Assembly: GCA_044892525.1 (NCBI GenBank)
Contig: CM097885.1
Span: 41,294,001-41,358,000 of the forward strand
Direction: 5' to 3'
Source of the DNA: Schmidtea polychroa
Taxonomy: Eukaryota
Length of the DNA: 64,000 nt
Notes under the pieces: generated by a model
What the model was told of the DNA's origin: nothing
Databases searched by the model: none
Seen by the model: only the letters and a program-made list of their open reading frames with translations
Program-made: the position numbers and the translations under genes
Shown: one piece after another, positions 1 through 15,263 of the stretch
How positions within the stretch are numbered: position 1 is the stretch's first letter
Layout: every line of letters begins with the position of its first letter

Positions 1-638
1 TTATTTATTTTTCAAGCAATTAGAGTCACCAAATGGCTTATGAAATGAGAAATAAAAGTAGAAATTTTCGTATATAAAATAGTGAAATTTTGTTATTTCC
101 CCGATGAATAATTTTCATATAAAAATTTTCACTTATGTATAGTGATAAATAAAACAAATTTATTTAATAAAAATTATTTATCAAATTAATGAAATCGTGA
201 CTTCTAACTGCAGGTTTTCTCTGGAAACATTTAGTTTTCATATTATTATTAGTTTGGCATTAAATTAAATAATATTTCTTTGATTTTACCGCGCATTATT
301 TTCAATATCAAAATTTTAATAAATAATCATTAATAAAATTTCTAAAAATAAAATCGGAAGAATCAATCAATTAAAATAAGCCATGATTAAATTCCGAATT
401 CAATTAAGTTTAATTATATTTCTCTTCGCTGGGAAATTCAAATTTTAATTTAACGAATAAAATTATTTATTTTCAATCAAGCACATTTAGACTGGAGAAG
501 GGGAACTTTATTCCATGATTTTATAACTATATAATTTTTCCGCAGCTGTTCACTAATTACATTATATAAAAAGAAATTTTAGAAAAATATTAAATTTAAT
601 TATTTCATAAATAAGTTCTTAATTTTAATTTTCTCATA

Positions 639-1069
<431 letters not shown>

Positions 1070-4000
1070 GTAGTAGTATAAAATATTAATTACAATTTAA
1101 AATTCATATATAAAATAACAATTATATAACAGATCAGTTTACTTCACAAGGCCCTCTAAATAATTTATCAAAAATATAACAAAATAGATTTTGAAAAAAA
1201 GAGAAAATATTAAAATTTAATGATAGAGGTCTTAAATAAATATTTTCCGTAAATAATGACTGTCTACTGATTTTTAAAGCTTTTGTGAATTACAAAATAG
1301 TAATTATTTCTTGGTAGATGATTAGTAAATGATGATTTCTATAGGAATATTTCATTGTCAATTACTGGTTTATACGTAATTACAATAGGAATTCTGGACT
1401 GAAAACATTATTAGACTTAATTAAATAATTTTTTCAATCAAAAATTTTTCTTTGTCATATTTATTGTAATTGTTAGTATTTATGTAATGGTAAAAATTAA
1501 TAATTGCAAAATAGATCACAAACGCGAGGAAACAATCAAAAGTAAAATAGTTTATGACTGACTTCATGTTTGAATAATTGTTTTCTTCTCGGCGGCTGTG
1601 ATCCTGACCATGATCAGACTTTAAGAAACTAGATACTGTTGATTAATACAAGGTAAGATTTACTTGGGAAAGGGGCTAAATTATCAAGTTTTAAATTATC
1701 AGACATTTTATCAAGTAAATTTAAAATGTCTGATGGTTTTTTTTAAGCATTTGTTGAAATTTCGGTAATTAAACTAGTATTAATATAATTAGAAAATTTT
1801 TGTCCTGAATGTTTAAAATAAGAATAGTAACATAAGCGGCGTCAAAAAAGAAATTATTGACAATAAAATCTGATGGTTTAAGGGTCTGATATATATTATA
1901 TTATGGAGGAAAGGATATTGTGTAAATGAATATTATGTAATTGTTGTCAAATAGGAATTTGTAGAGTCCAGCAGCGTTAGTGTGTGTTAAATTTATAACT
2001 TTTATTTAAATAATAAAAAAGGCAGTTAACATACTCAAATCTTAATAATTATAATTTCCATAGTATAAAGTGATGATTTCTTGGTAGCAGCATTTATTAT
2101 TTAAAACAATTAAGTGATAATTTAAGGACAATCTTATAGTCGAAAATTTTTTCATTTAATACATTATTCGCAGCCAAAGTCTTAAATTATAACTTAATTA
2201 TTTTATAATTTCCATAATCTTCATATCCATTAGTAGTAATAATATTTATTTCGTTATTGATTTTTTTTGTTTTGTAATTCTTTATAGTAATAATTTATTA
2301 TAGTATTAATTTACTATAGTTTTTAAATAAATGATAATAATAATATAATTAACAACACACATATACTATTAGAATTTAAGTTGATCCATCGTCTAAAGAA
2401 AGGCTCTATGAATAATCAAAGATCGACATAAGAAACTTTATTTGTTGGCGCTGAAATTCTTATTTTTATCTAACTTTCCATTGAATTATATAACTTTTGC
2501 ATGGCAACTACTAAATTTGGAAATTTTGAGTATGTTTGGGCATATAGATACATTTGTAATAGCCTAAAAATTTATTCCAGAAAATTTCTCCTAAAATGGA
2601 TATATCGGCTAATTCGTACACGACAGGACACTTTTAAAAAATAAATAACTTTTAACGACCATCAAAATACGAAACTTGTAATTTTTTTGTTTTTTTTAGA
2701 ATAAATCAGACGTTCAAGGATTTAATAAATTTTATAATAAATTATTTTTAGATTTGACAATTCATTAAATTAGCGCATTTTCTTTGCATGTTATGAATTT
2801 GATAACTGTCATTTGTAAACAATAAAAAAACAATAAACGACATTAAAACATGATTCTTTTATTATTGTAATCAACGTAAAACCAACGTTTTCGCCTGATT
2901 GAAGTTCAAACCAACTTTGATTTCTTTTAGACTTTTTAATTATTTGTGTTCTAATAATTTTCAATGATCAAATAACGATAAAATCGAAATGGCAAAAGTG
3001 GGCAAGTGAAACATTCGTGACAAGAATAGCTATTGAGAACAGACCATATTTAAACCAGTAGTATTGTTGGGTTGTGCTATGCCAGTGGTGGCGAATTTAT
3101 GGTACCCCTAGAAAATGTAACATTTGCGAAAATACAGCTGGGACTTTAACAAGTTAATAATTGTATACAATTAAAAATGATCCCTTTATTAAAATAGATT
3201 TTAATGGAGGCTTAAAACACGCAAAATAATCCAATTAAACGTGAGTTAATTATATATCATATTAACCAATCACTTTTAAAAGTTTCTATAATATAAATTT
3301 ATCGATTATTTCATAATTTTATGAGATATATGAAAATATGAATTAAAAACTAAGAATTACAAAAAATACAAAAATATATTTGATAACAAAGATCCTAATG
3401 CATTACACCAAATTCAATATGACGGATTTGATCATCAAATTTTGACATTCTTAAATCATTTTTCTCTAAATCTTGATATAATTGCAATAGCTGGAACTCG
3501 GAATTTCCTTTATCCAAGCAAGTTGTGATTTCCTTTAGACTATTTATATTTATTACATAATTTTATTATTTACCTGAATTAATTTGAAAATGCGAATAGT
3601 TTCTATTTCATAAACTCTTTTCATCCATTTCATTAATAATAATTGTCTACAATATTTTTTTAGTTTTAGATTACTTAAATATTTTTTTGATTTTTTAGTT
3701 AAAATATAACAGTAATTCTTCAAGTCGTATTCTTTCATTATCAAATAAAAGCCACGGAAATTCGATAGCTTGATTTCATAAAGTACTTTCTAAAATTTTA
3801 AAATAAATCTTAGAAATTTTATCAAAAATGAACATTGATCTGAAATTTCTGATAATAGAAATGCTAAAATTAGTTATAAGTAAAAAAAATTGTGATAATT
3901 AAATAATGCACCTAAAAATTAGTAAATATAGCAATAAATGGACTAATAGTTCTGAATAATAACTTTAAATAACTTAAAAAGTTAAATTGAAATATTATTA

Positions 4001-4376
4001 AAATAAAATTACTTATTTCATACTGTTAATACAAAAAATACAACTAATATTCGTTATGAAATCCTTCAAAAAGTAAATTATAAGTCAATTTAAATAAAAC
4101 TTACTTCGGTTAAAGAAACTTGTAAAAATGATAAATTATTTAAATAAAACGCATTTTATGTATTTCAAACAACTGTTTCATCATTTATTTCATCATAATT
4201 ACGTTGAATTTTAATTAAAATTATTTAAATAAAACAAGTTTAAACAACTGGAGTTTTATTTTGAAAATTAGTTTATGAAAATGGATTTTTTTCAAGTACA
4301 TAGTAAGAGATAGAATATTGAATAAAAAGGTTTAGGGAAATGAAATAAAAATATTTTTATTAAAAGAATTATTTAA

Positions 4377-6138
4377 CCCTACACTGCACAGTAAGCATGT
4401 GATTTTTTTCAAAGTATTACTGTATCTAAAATTTTATTATTTTTTATTTAAAAAATCTAAAATTTAATTTTTTAATAATAATTTATAAATTTAGTAATTA
4501 CTTTTTGTTGATATGTTCAATCAATAATCATTAAATTTAAGATTATTTTATCATTTAATATAAATAATGGTAAAGGGATATCATTTATAATTATAAAAAA
4601 ATATTTTATTTTTATCTTAGAGATGAATTTTAATACTATCCCAAGTGAAGGTAATAAAAATATATGGACGGAAAACCTAGAACGCTTTGGTCGCAGCTTC
4701 AGAAATCGGAAATATCGCTTTTAGGAAGCAATGTCTATCCTCAACAAAATGCCTACTGAAGAAATTGTTTTAAGAAGATTCAGGTGTTTGAATCACCAAA
4801 TAAGATAAGAAGAAAAGGATAAACGTCTTAGCCATTGAGCTTGGAAAATTATGGAAACGCTTCAGCTTTCCAACATAAGCATGATTCACAATAGTAAAGA
4901 AGCTTCAGTCATTAGTTGATAAAAGTGACAAAAATCTGAAACGTCCGTTGAAGAATTGTGATTACTCCGTTATTTTTAACATAATGTCACCTAAAGGCAC
5001 TTGACTATACAAAGAAGATTAAGTCTATTACGACTTACAATTAAAATCAAAGGACAAAATAGTATTTCGTACCAACCACATTGACAATTCGAAAATACAT
5101 CCCTCCAAGAGGAAAATAGTTCATACTTCAGATAATCAGTTTGCTGCAACATCTGCAATGTTCTGAGTCCGAATACTCTAGTTTTAATAAAGATGAGGCT
5201 TTTCTAGATAGTTTTTTAGAAACAGAGGACATATAACGATACAAAAGCGGCTGTAGATATTGTTGACACTACATAAGTACCCATTACTTCACCACCTTAT
5301 TGAAGTTTATAAGTACTTCAAAGAAAATGAAATTTGCTCAACCTACCTGTTTGACTTCCTAACTTCTCGAATGCAAGATGGAATTCCTGTGCCATTTACC
5401 TGCTTTTGACTTTTTTGATCTGCCCGGTCACAAGACTTGACCAAAGAATGGTAGATGTGTGCGAATTTGTCCAAAAGTGGAGTTTCTTTTGGTTCAGAGA
5501 CCATAAATATGAGCCTAGTTCCTATGAAATATTGATAGGTATTTGTGAGAAGTACAATAAAGCAAAAAATCAGTTATAAACTGTTTGAGTCGGGCACCGT
5601 CACCAATAGACACACCTCGATCCAACATATGTGCCAAGAGGGTAATCAGTGTGCTACAGAATTTGAAGGACTTATGTAAGTCGGAAAGAACATTAAATTT
5701 ACGGTTTATATTATCAAATATTAGGTGACCTTGATGTATTTAAAAATAAATATTAGTATTAGGTTTCGTTTTTGTCTTTACTTATCAGTTATATTTTAAA
5801 TTCGTGACCTTTTTTTAGAATATAGATTGCCATTTTAGGCATTTTACACAAATACTCATCGCAAAATCATAGTGGTACATTTCAATTTTTAAAAAAATCA
5901 CATTCCTACTGCACAGTGATGCATTTATACATGACACATTTTTTTCGGCTATAACTTAAAATGTACACATTGTTAAATAATCATAAAGAATCATAAAAGG
6001 CCGTTTTTCACTCAGAGGTGACCATGCCCGAAAGCTAATGTTTTGTTTAAAATCAAAATATTTCCCGTATTCCTTGCATAAATTTACATATATTTACACA
6101 ATTTATAACTAAAAATAAAAAAAGTCTACAGGGTAGGG
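4377..6138. mobile_element. Decayed TTAA-flanked DNA transposon (piggyBac-like termini)
   Basis: TTAA|CCCTACACTGCA at the left and TACAGGGTAGGG|TTAA at the right; a subterminal inverted copy near 5891-5918; higher-GC degraded coding-like interior (4660-5700). Superfamily not confirmed. Confidence 0.6.
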
Positions 6139-8395
6139 TTAAATTAAACATCAAAGGTTTTGAAAGCTGTTTGGCCTTAAATTTATAATAGATAAAGCTT
6201 GGAAAATTAATTTTTGGATGATTAAATGAACTATTTTACGGTTTTTATTTTCTTGCTAGTAACTAATGAATTAGGAATGTAATGACCCATATTTACACAT
6301 AAAAAGGAACTATCACAGAAAGTGCAGAAAATAAAAAAAGAATAAGAAAAAATTATTTAATAAATCAATAAATAAGGAGAATAGAAAAATCTCCATGAAA
6401 ATTGATAAAGAAATAACGAAATTAACAGAAAGCAAAATTATTAAATGATTTGATTGTTTTAAACAATCGAAAAAATGCACAATGAGAGCTGGTGAATAGA
6501 GTGACAAATCACTATGTGTACTGAAAATAAAATTATTCTAAAAATAATATATATTTAATTTAATTTAAAATACATTACCTAAATCTGACAGGACTTCAGT
6601 ATGTATGCGTTGCCAATCTAAAAATTTCAGAATTGTGCACAACATAATTTTATAAAGTGGCAGAGAATGTGTTCGTGGATATCACAAATTGGTAAAAATT
6701 CTGGCTAAAAATTCATTTTCAACTTTTTACTAACATAAACTACGCTCTTTATTTTTTAGATCTAACTGAATTTATCTTTCTATGTTCGTTGGATGGTACT
6801 ATTTATTTATGTGTAAAATAATAAGTTTAATGACTAATCACATTAAATTAAAAAAGGTGAGTGAGGACTCTTGGTATGGAAGGTGGTTGGTCTGTGTAAG
6901 GGAGCTAAATAAGCAAAATAAGCAAAACTGAACGAAATATATGTAAAATGATGAAGTAACGTAAAACCAGAAAGTGAAAATATAATTAGGAGTTGTTCTA
7001 GTAGTCGAGCTCACCCGCTTATGGATTTTCACCCACCGTGTACATAATCAACATAGTTGTTGCCATGATTACACTGGTGGATAAAATAAAACAACAATGA
7101 AGGCGTTTAGGAAATCGTTGATGACAAATCTAACAGCAACCCTGGAATATTTAAACACCATACCCCCTATCTCCAACAACGGCAAGAAAGACATTCTGTA
7201 GGCTCTACAAAAATTTCATACTTTCTATTTCCCTGCCGTATTTCATCTAAATCTTTTGCCACTGTTCATCCGTCGTAGGTGACGTAACCCTGTGCGCTAG
7301 TGTGGGTTATAACCTTTGATTTATATCGTAACCTTGACTACACGCGTAGACCAATCTCATTTTTTAATGTGACTCGCTTTACAACCACAACCCCAACCAA
7401 AATCGTGAAGTAACCAGGATGAATCAGTTACTAGTGATTTTGGGGATGTGCAATCTGGGTAAAATCCGAGAACAGAAGTGAACACTCTTTGTGTTTGCTA
7501 CGTCTACGTTATTACTGGGCCCAGGATGTTGATAAAAGACACTATGTTTCAATTTTGTTTGGTGTCTTATCAAAACCTATCCAAATGGCTGTCTGTTGGT
7601 TGTAGAACCCCTCTGCCATTAGTTTCCTTATTATGCATTATTGATGAGAAACTATCACATGGAAAATTATTATAACTAATCAAAATACACAAGTTTTTCG
7701 ATATCATACACGTGAAAAATATGTTAAAATAACCGAGTTTTTTTTGTAATATCGGGATTCCACGTGGTACATATGCATCGGAGTTTGACTAATATTTACA
7801 AAGCCGCTCGCTCTTCGTTCCGACATGGAATCCGACAGCAGAGTCGCTTAATTTTTTATTAAGGCTTTATCCATTAGTGGGAGTGAAAATACCAATTGAG
7901 ATCACTTGAGGTGGTTTTGCCAAGGCAGGTGGAGGAGATGGTTCTTCTTTTCTTTAATCTTTCAAACCTGCACTCCCAATTTCAATTCCATTGTCCTGAC
8001 AACCATGCAAATAACCTCCTTGATTCATGTAGTTATGTTAAACTACTTCTACTGTATTTTGATTTTTCACTGTTGCTTAATTCGTAATTATGAACAGCTA
8101 TAATTAACCATAACTTTTATGACCGAAACCTTTCAATTCTATAACTTCGTACATTAATCATTAACAAATTTCTAAAAATTAATAGCTATAATTAAATTTT
8201 ATTTTTAATTATTGACTATACTTGAATATTTTTATTAAATTTTTTATTTTGTGATATTTCTATAAATTTTCATTTGCTCGTCTAATAAAGATTGTTTAAA
8301 TAATTGTAAAATAATAGAAATTTTAAAATTTTAATTTTAGTATGTTTCAATAAAATAATTAACATGTGTTCATGATATTATCTTTTCCAGAAATT

Positions 8396-11300
8396 ATGCC
8401 TGAAATATTTGGATATGATTTTTATAGAAATATTGGTTCACCAAAATTTATCTTAGCACCCATGGTTGATCAAAGTGAATTGGCATGGAGATTGTTAGGT
8501 AGAAAATACGGAGCTCAACTAGCGTATACTCCTATGTTTCACGCCGCAAATTTTGTTCGAGATCCCTCATACAGGAAAGAAGCTATGGAAAATTCTCCGT
8601 CAGATCGACCATTAATATATCAATTTTGCTCAAATGATCCTGATATTTTTACTGAAGCAGCAAAATTAGCACAGTATCACTGTGATGCAATAGACTTAAA
8701 TTTAGGTTGCCCACAAATGATCGCAAAACGCGGACATTACGGTTCATATTTACAAGATGAATGGGATTTGATATCAGAAATATGTAAGTCTAATCACTAT
8801 TAAAATACAATTAATTTTTTTTTCTATTTTTAACAGTCTATATATTGTTTTAAAATTTTATATTCCTTATAACATTTTATCAGTTAATAATGTTATCATT
8901 TTATTTTATAAATTCAAAATAATGACCGATTTAACGATGAAGATAAATTAAGTGAAACGCAATGTTGTAATAAAACTTGAATTATGTTATATATAATTGT
9001 AAATGTATGTTTCTTACAATTTTTAAATACGAAAATTTTAAAATTGAATCCAATATAAAAATGCTTATAAATCGTTATTTATACAAAAAAATCACTGTCC
9101 CATTTAAATGTTCAGGTTAAGTCTGGTCAATTCAGATCAGTAGTAATGTAGGTGGCCATTAACAAAAATCCGGTAATGTAATATTTGATTTTTTTGTCTA
9201 ATCGTTTACCAAATACCTTTATTGCATTACACTAACATTAAGCATCATGCCTTGCAATGTATAAAGCTGTATCTGTCCATCTGTTCACTATTATAGTTCC
9301 TTATTATCATAGATATAAAACCCTGAATCATTTTAAAATGATTATATTGTAATAAATTTTATTTTTCTTATAATAAAAGACAAATAGAATTGTTAATTCT
9401 TCTGCTAAAAGAGCAGCAGATCGAAGGGCAATTGAAACCCCACGGCAGCAACAAGAAAGACTGGCTGGGCTGCTACAGTAAGAGCAAAGAAACCTTATGT
9501 TGCTTGCTCCAGAGTTGGCTCAGCAAAAGACCTCTACGGGAACGTTCGTAAATTACATTACGCTAAAAATCGAATTTTTTGGCCCCCTTCCTCTTGTAAC
9601 AAATTCTGAATCCCTCCCCTTTGTCGCGTAACGTAAAAGAATTTTTATTTGTTCTCATCATTTTTCAATATTTTATCTAACTTCAAAATTATTCATTCAT
9701 TTTATTATTCAAACTCGTTGCAACCTCTTTGATTTCATTGAAGAAAGTTTTTGAAAAGCTTGATATAATTGATTATACTTGTCATTCTTGCTGATGGCTC
9801 TCAAATCCAAAATCTAATGCAAGTGATCATTAAAAAATCCTTTTTTACCTTTATTGCATTACATTGGTATTAAGCATCATGCATTGCAATATATAAAGCT
9901 GTATCTATAGTTATTTATTATCATTTTAAAATTTATTTCCCTTATGATGTTATCTAAAAGCAAATGCCAATTGGATCTGTTGATTCTTCTGCTAAAAGAG
10001 AGAAAGAGAAAAGAGAAGGACTGGCTGGGCTGCTACAGTAAGAGCAAACGAAACCCTACAGTATTGACAAGCTCTACTTTATGTTACTTGCTCCAGAGTT
10101 GGCTCAGCAAAAAACCTCTACATGAACGTTTGTAAATTACGTAACGCTAAAAATCGACTTTTTTGGCTCCCTTCCCATTTACCAAATTCCGAATCCCCTT
10201 TGTCGCGTAACGTAAAAAGAATTTTTTTATCTGTTCTCATAATTTTTCAATATTTTATCTAACTTCAAAATTATTCATTCATTTTATTATTCAAACTCGT
10301 TGCAATCTCTTTGATTTCATTGGAGAAGCTATTTGAAAAGCTTGATATAACTGATTATACTTGTCATTCTTGCTGATGGCTCTCAAATCCAAAATCACAC
10401 TTTAATTATAATGTGAATTAATTTCTTAATTCAAACACAAATTTATTTCAAAATATTGACAAACTCAAAAAGTTCCGAAAGTGACATTTACACTTTCAAG
10501 AAAAGTTATCTCAAATCATGAAAATCCGTTAAATAATATTACTTCCTCTTATTTTTTCATAAAATAGTTAAAATTTTGATATAATAGACAACAGCTCTAA
10601 CAAAATAAATGCTTAAGCATTTAGCATTAACTTAGTCAACTAATAATTTGATTTTAATAATTTACTATGATTTTTCAAAACTTTTAATGAAATATATTTG
10701 GGTAATTTCTCTGTATTACGCAACAAAATCTTCCCTATATCCTTGCAAAACATTTTGAGTTTTTTAAATTTTCAAATGCTTATAACATGTAATATATGTT
10801 TACGATGTATAATTACTTTTGAAAATTCAAGTGCATTTAATAAATATAGCAATTTCCTATACGACTTATGTGCCCGAGCAACGCCGGGTAGCCCAGCTAG
10901 TCTGATATATTAACATGAAATATTTCAGTAAGGAAATGTGTAAAAGAAATCAAAATACCCGTAACAGCTAAAATTAGGGCTCAATCTACGGTTGAACTTA
11001 CGGTTAGATATGCAAAAATGATCGAATCTTGTGGAGTATCTATGTTGACTTTACACGGTCGAACTAGAGATCAAAAAGGCGTAAATACTGGACTTGCTGA
11101 CTGGGCGGTTATAAAAGCTGTCAAGTGCGTTTGGAAATATTTCTCATTACTTTATAAACTATTATTTCCACATAGAGAAGCGTTGAGTATTCCAGTGATT
11201 GCGAATGGGAATATTCTCTTTTATTCTGATATAGAACGATGTATAGAAGCAACAGGTGCAGATGGTGTAATGTCAGCTGGTATATAGACGCATTTTAATA

Positions 11301-14300
11301 TTAGTTATAATAATTTAAACTCTCAGAGGGGCAGTTACATAATCCGGGTATTTTTATGCCCGGTGAACCGAAATTGGTCTGGGAAATGGCATTAGAATAT
11401 CTAGTTTATGCCAAAGATCACCCATGTAATATATCGTATTCCAGGGGACATGTATTCAAATTACTACATCACAGGTGTAATTTTTTAATACAATTTCACT
11501 AGTGAACTTGATCTTCTGTTTCCAGTTTGCACTGTCATCCGCAAATCAGAGAATTTATCAGCCATGCCAAAGATGTTGATGATTTAATGGCAGGTGTTAA
11601 AGGGCTTGAAAATATTTGCGGAGTAAGTTTTATATAATAATAATTTACATTTAAAAATTACTAAAATATATTCGCTCTTTAACTACTTATGAAAATTTTC
11701 GATTTTTAAATGAAATTTCTTGAACTTCTAAAAATTTTGAAAATTAAATAGCTAAGTTACAAACGAACATTTTTATTGACTTTATTGACATATTTCGATT
11801 TTAAATGAAATTAAAAATATATTGATCAATTGTTATCTAATTTTTACAAAATTAAAAAAAAATTAATTTCTTTTAAAAATAAAAATTAAATTCAGTTTCA
11901 TTAAAATTACTGAAATTAATCAAATTTTTCGAAACCGTTCATAACATTTAGATTTTATATTTTAAAAAATTGATTATTTGTTGTCTCTATAAAAATTTTA
12001 AAAAATCAATTGCCTTTTAAAATAAAAAAACAATTGAGTTACAAATAAATATTTTTATTGATTTTTTGAATATTTCGATTTTAAATGAAATTAAAAAAAT
12101 TTAATTTCTTTTAAGAATAAAAATTAAATTCATTTTTATTAAAATTACTGAAATTAATTAAATTTTTTGAAACGGTTCATTACATTTAAATTTTATATTT
12201 TTAAAAAATTTATCAATATAAATTTTTTGAAAAATTAATTGTCTTTTAAAATAAACAAACAATTGAATATTTCAATTTTAAATGATTAAATTTAAATGTC
12301 ATAAAAATTCATATTAAACTGAAATTTTATTCCTTAAATCAATTAACTTGGCCATTTCATTGGTCCATTTTTAGGAATATTTTTATTGACATTAAATATC
12401 TGAAAATCCATCAAATTGTGTTTATCCTCATTTTCAGAATTGAACTACTCTGCAACGGAATTTTACTCTCATCTTCGTTTTCATTCTCATTGTTATAGTA
12501 TATGTTAGCAGGAAGTGCTATCAAAATTCTGCATTTCTGATAGATAAAAAGGTTTTCTTTTTAAAAACATGAATTCATCAATTTTAATTTCTTTGGCACC
12601 AATCTATAATATGCTCATTTCTCCATACTGTGCTACTTGTGCCCTTTGTTTACCTTTGTTATCCCTTTCCAATTACCATATTTAGTAAAATAAATACATT
12701 TAAAAAATTAAATTACAATAATAATATTAATTATTGATTTTAATTTGATTTAATAAAATATTAATCGAAATATTACACAAAAATGATTAAATTGATATTT
12801 ATTATTTAATTGATATTATTTATAATAATTCGTCACATAAACCACAATATGATTTTAATTAATAATTTTGTAAAAAAGTTGTAGCTTATAGTCCGAGATT
12901 TATGGTAGAAATTTCTTAACATAATATTAATATTGTTTGGAAATTTGTAATCATTACAAATTTTGACTTTTATATTTAACTTTTCAATTTTTAAATAATA
13001 TTTTTCTGTTATTTCGAATAAATTTTCAAGAAATTTGACGTATTACTATAACCAGCCTTTTGAAACTTTAAATTGTGTTTTCACCTATTTGGTGACATAG
13101 ATAATATGAGTTACTCACATGCCTAGCTTGTAAGATATTACAATTTTTTTTTGAGGAAAATAAAAAGCATATCGAAGAAAATAAAAAATTACCTTATAAA
13201 CTTCATAATAGAAGTGAAATAAGGACATGGTCACCGTAATAATAAGCTACTATTAGAAATAGAATCTGAAATCACATTAAACTTTAATTTTTATTGATTA
13301 TTAAAAACACTAATAAAATGAAATTTAAAAATCGATTATGTCATTGATAATATCCAAAGATTTTATTGATTAACAATTAACATCTAGTGTTATTTCCTTA
13401 TTTCGGTAATTCCGTGTTATCTTACCCCCAAAAATTAAATTATAAAATACAATTAAAATAACAATATAAAAAATGAGAGAATACATTATTGATGACGTTA
13501 TTAAACATTATTGAACATGAATTTATTAAGGCTATCTGTGATTTATGTGATTATGTGAGTTTATGTAGCGCAAACGTGTCCTAAGCAACAGTGCCGATGT
13601 GTTCGACACTATTCTCAACGACATTGTGGTTTTCTGGCCACCTGGGTGACCATTTACAAACTCTTTACAAACATTTGCTGAGTTTGTAACTGTGATTTAG
13701 AAAATAAATATAATAATTATATTTGTTCTTTTTTAATTTAATTTTTGGGGGTAACACGGAAGTACTCTTATTTCTATATAATTTTTTTTTAAATGCCAAT
13801 ATTTTATTGATTTAACATCATTTAAAACTTTCCGCTAATGACACTATGCTAAATTTATATATTGGAACTTGTTAATATTGACCTAAATATGAAATATTCT
13901 CATTTTTGTAATCGTGGCGCTTCTGAATATCCTAGAAAGTCCTGGGATCATAAGTCCCAATAGGCTTTTATGAACCATTCAAAATATCCCAGTAGGATCA
14001 TGATGAAAGTTTCTGGGACCTATTGTCCCAATAGGGGCGAAAGGGTTAAGTTTTACAAAACTACGTAATTTATTAGTTGAAAAATACTCTAAAACTATGA
14101 AAATATGAAATTAGTCTTTGTTTTAGGTCGACCAAAGCAATCATTTTCCAAACTTAATGAATATATTATAAGAACTTTCAATCTTCATCTCTGATTTATT
14201 TTCAATTGACATTGTATTTATTAAAAAGCTTGACTATGAATCAGTAAAGATATCGATGTATTTGATATTCACGAATTATAGATTTATTTAATAGACTTAT

Positions 14301-15263
14301 TGAACAAATTATAAAATTAATATATTTTTAAATAAATCTATTATTAAAATAATTATTTATTAAAAAAATAGTTTACATATACATATTTATTAAAAAGCTC
14401 GAAGACTATGAATCAGTAATTGATATTGATGTTATTGATATATTTACTGATTCATAGTATTTTTAATAAATACAATGGAAAAAAATTCAGTGGTGAAATT
14501 TGAAAAACAGTTCTTTTAATATATATAAATAAATTAAATTATAGCATGATTATAAAATTACCAAAACTTCCAAAAAACCTTTTTTAGCAATTAATCAATT
14601 TCCTTTATCTTCATTTCTTTTATATTTTAAAGCAAAGATTTTTTTTCTTTTATTATTTTTTTTAATTGTTATTTCAAACGTGTTTAGCCATTGAAATGTC
14701 AAGCAAACGAAGAAAAACTGTTAGAACTTCCATATAAACATTGGCTTTGTCAACCATATATTCGTCCTGTATTCCAGTAGGGTTGTTTTTCTGCATATAT
14801 GTACTCATTGTTTTACAAAGGCCTTTCAAACAAAACGAAAACATCAATTCGATAGTCGATAGTGTTAAACAGAATTCTGTTATTGTCAAAGAAACAGAAT
14901 CTGAATCATCGGAAAATGTTATTTACAAAGCAGTGTCGATGAACAATTTGAAAGAACAACGAGAAGAACAGACGAGACGAAAGAAAGAAGCCAGGCAACT
15001 GTGTAAGGAAAATAAAGCGAAAAAAATCAAAATTGAAGCGTTGCCCTGTGAGACTTGTTCTTGTAACATGAGAGTAGATTTATTTATGATTATTTTGTTA
15101 ACGGATTGCTGTTTAATGCCAGGGCTTGAAATGTCGATATAATCGTTGTAAAACTTGCTGTAAAAAGAACCTGACAAATAACCCTCGATGTACCGGTCAC
15201 AGTCAACTGAAACCTGCAAAAATTCCATCCAATCCCGATTCGTTTGTGCAAATTTCTATTTAA
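8396..15263 (+). CDS. DUS1L: tRNA-dihydrouridine synthase 1-like. Exons approx. 8396-8783, 10929-11124, 11176-11279, 11327-11474, 11526-11622, 14688-14776, 14821-15073, 15123-15263
   Basis: Dus motifs [58 protein letters not shown]1L-type [10 protein letters not shown] and a C-terminal Cys-rich cluster (CETC...[10 protein letters not shown]...CTGH). GT-AG junctions are phase-consistent; the 14776/14821 junction is the least certain. Confidence 0.93.
9215..10900 (+). mobile_element. Non-autonomous Helitron-like sequence with an internal tandem duplication, in the first coding-region intron of DUS1L
   Basis: 3' end CCCG-AGCAACGC-CGGG hairpin (10873-10888) followed by CTAG (10897-10900); ~550-600 bp imperfect direct duplication (9215-9820 vs 9847-10393). 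5' boundary not determined. Confidence 0.55.
11690..12290. repeat. Imperfect AT-rich tandem duplication (~280-bp unit) in a DUS1L intron
   Basis: TATTTCGATTTTAAATGAAATTAAAA and AAAATTAAATTCA...ATTAAAATTACTGAAATTAAT blocks recur. Confidence 0.7.
13410..13761. mobile_element. MITE-like element
   Basis: Inverted arms TTCCGTGTTA..CCCCCAAAAATTAAATTA / TAATTTAATTTTTGGGGGTAACACGGAA. Confidence 0.6.

Noticed and set aside
6840..8100. Higher-GC coding-like stretch with short ORFs
   Set aside because: No recognisable motif, termini or consistent frame; probably a decayed element but unsupported.
14674..15228. Minus-strand ORFs over DUS1L exons (likewise antisense ORFs inside Polinton genes)
   Set aside because: Shadow ORFs opposite well-supported coding sequence.
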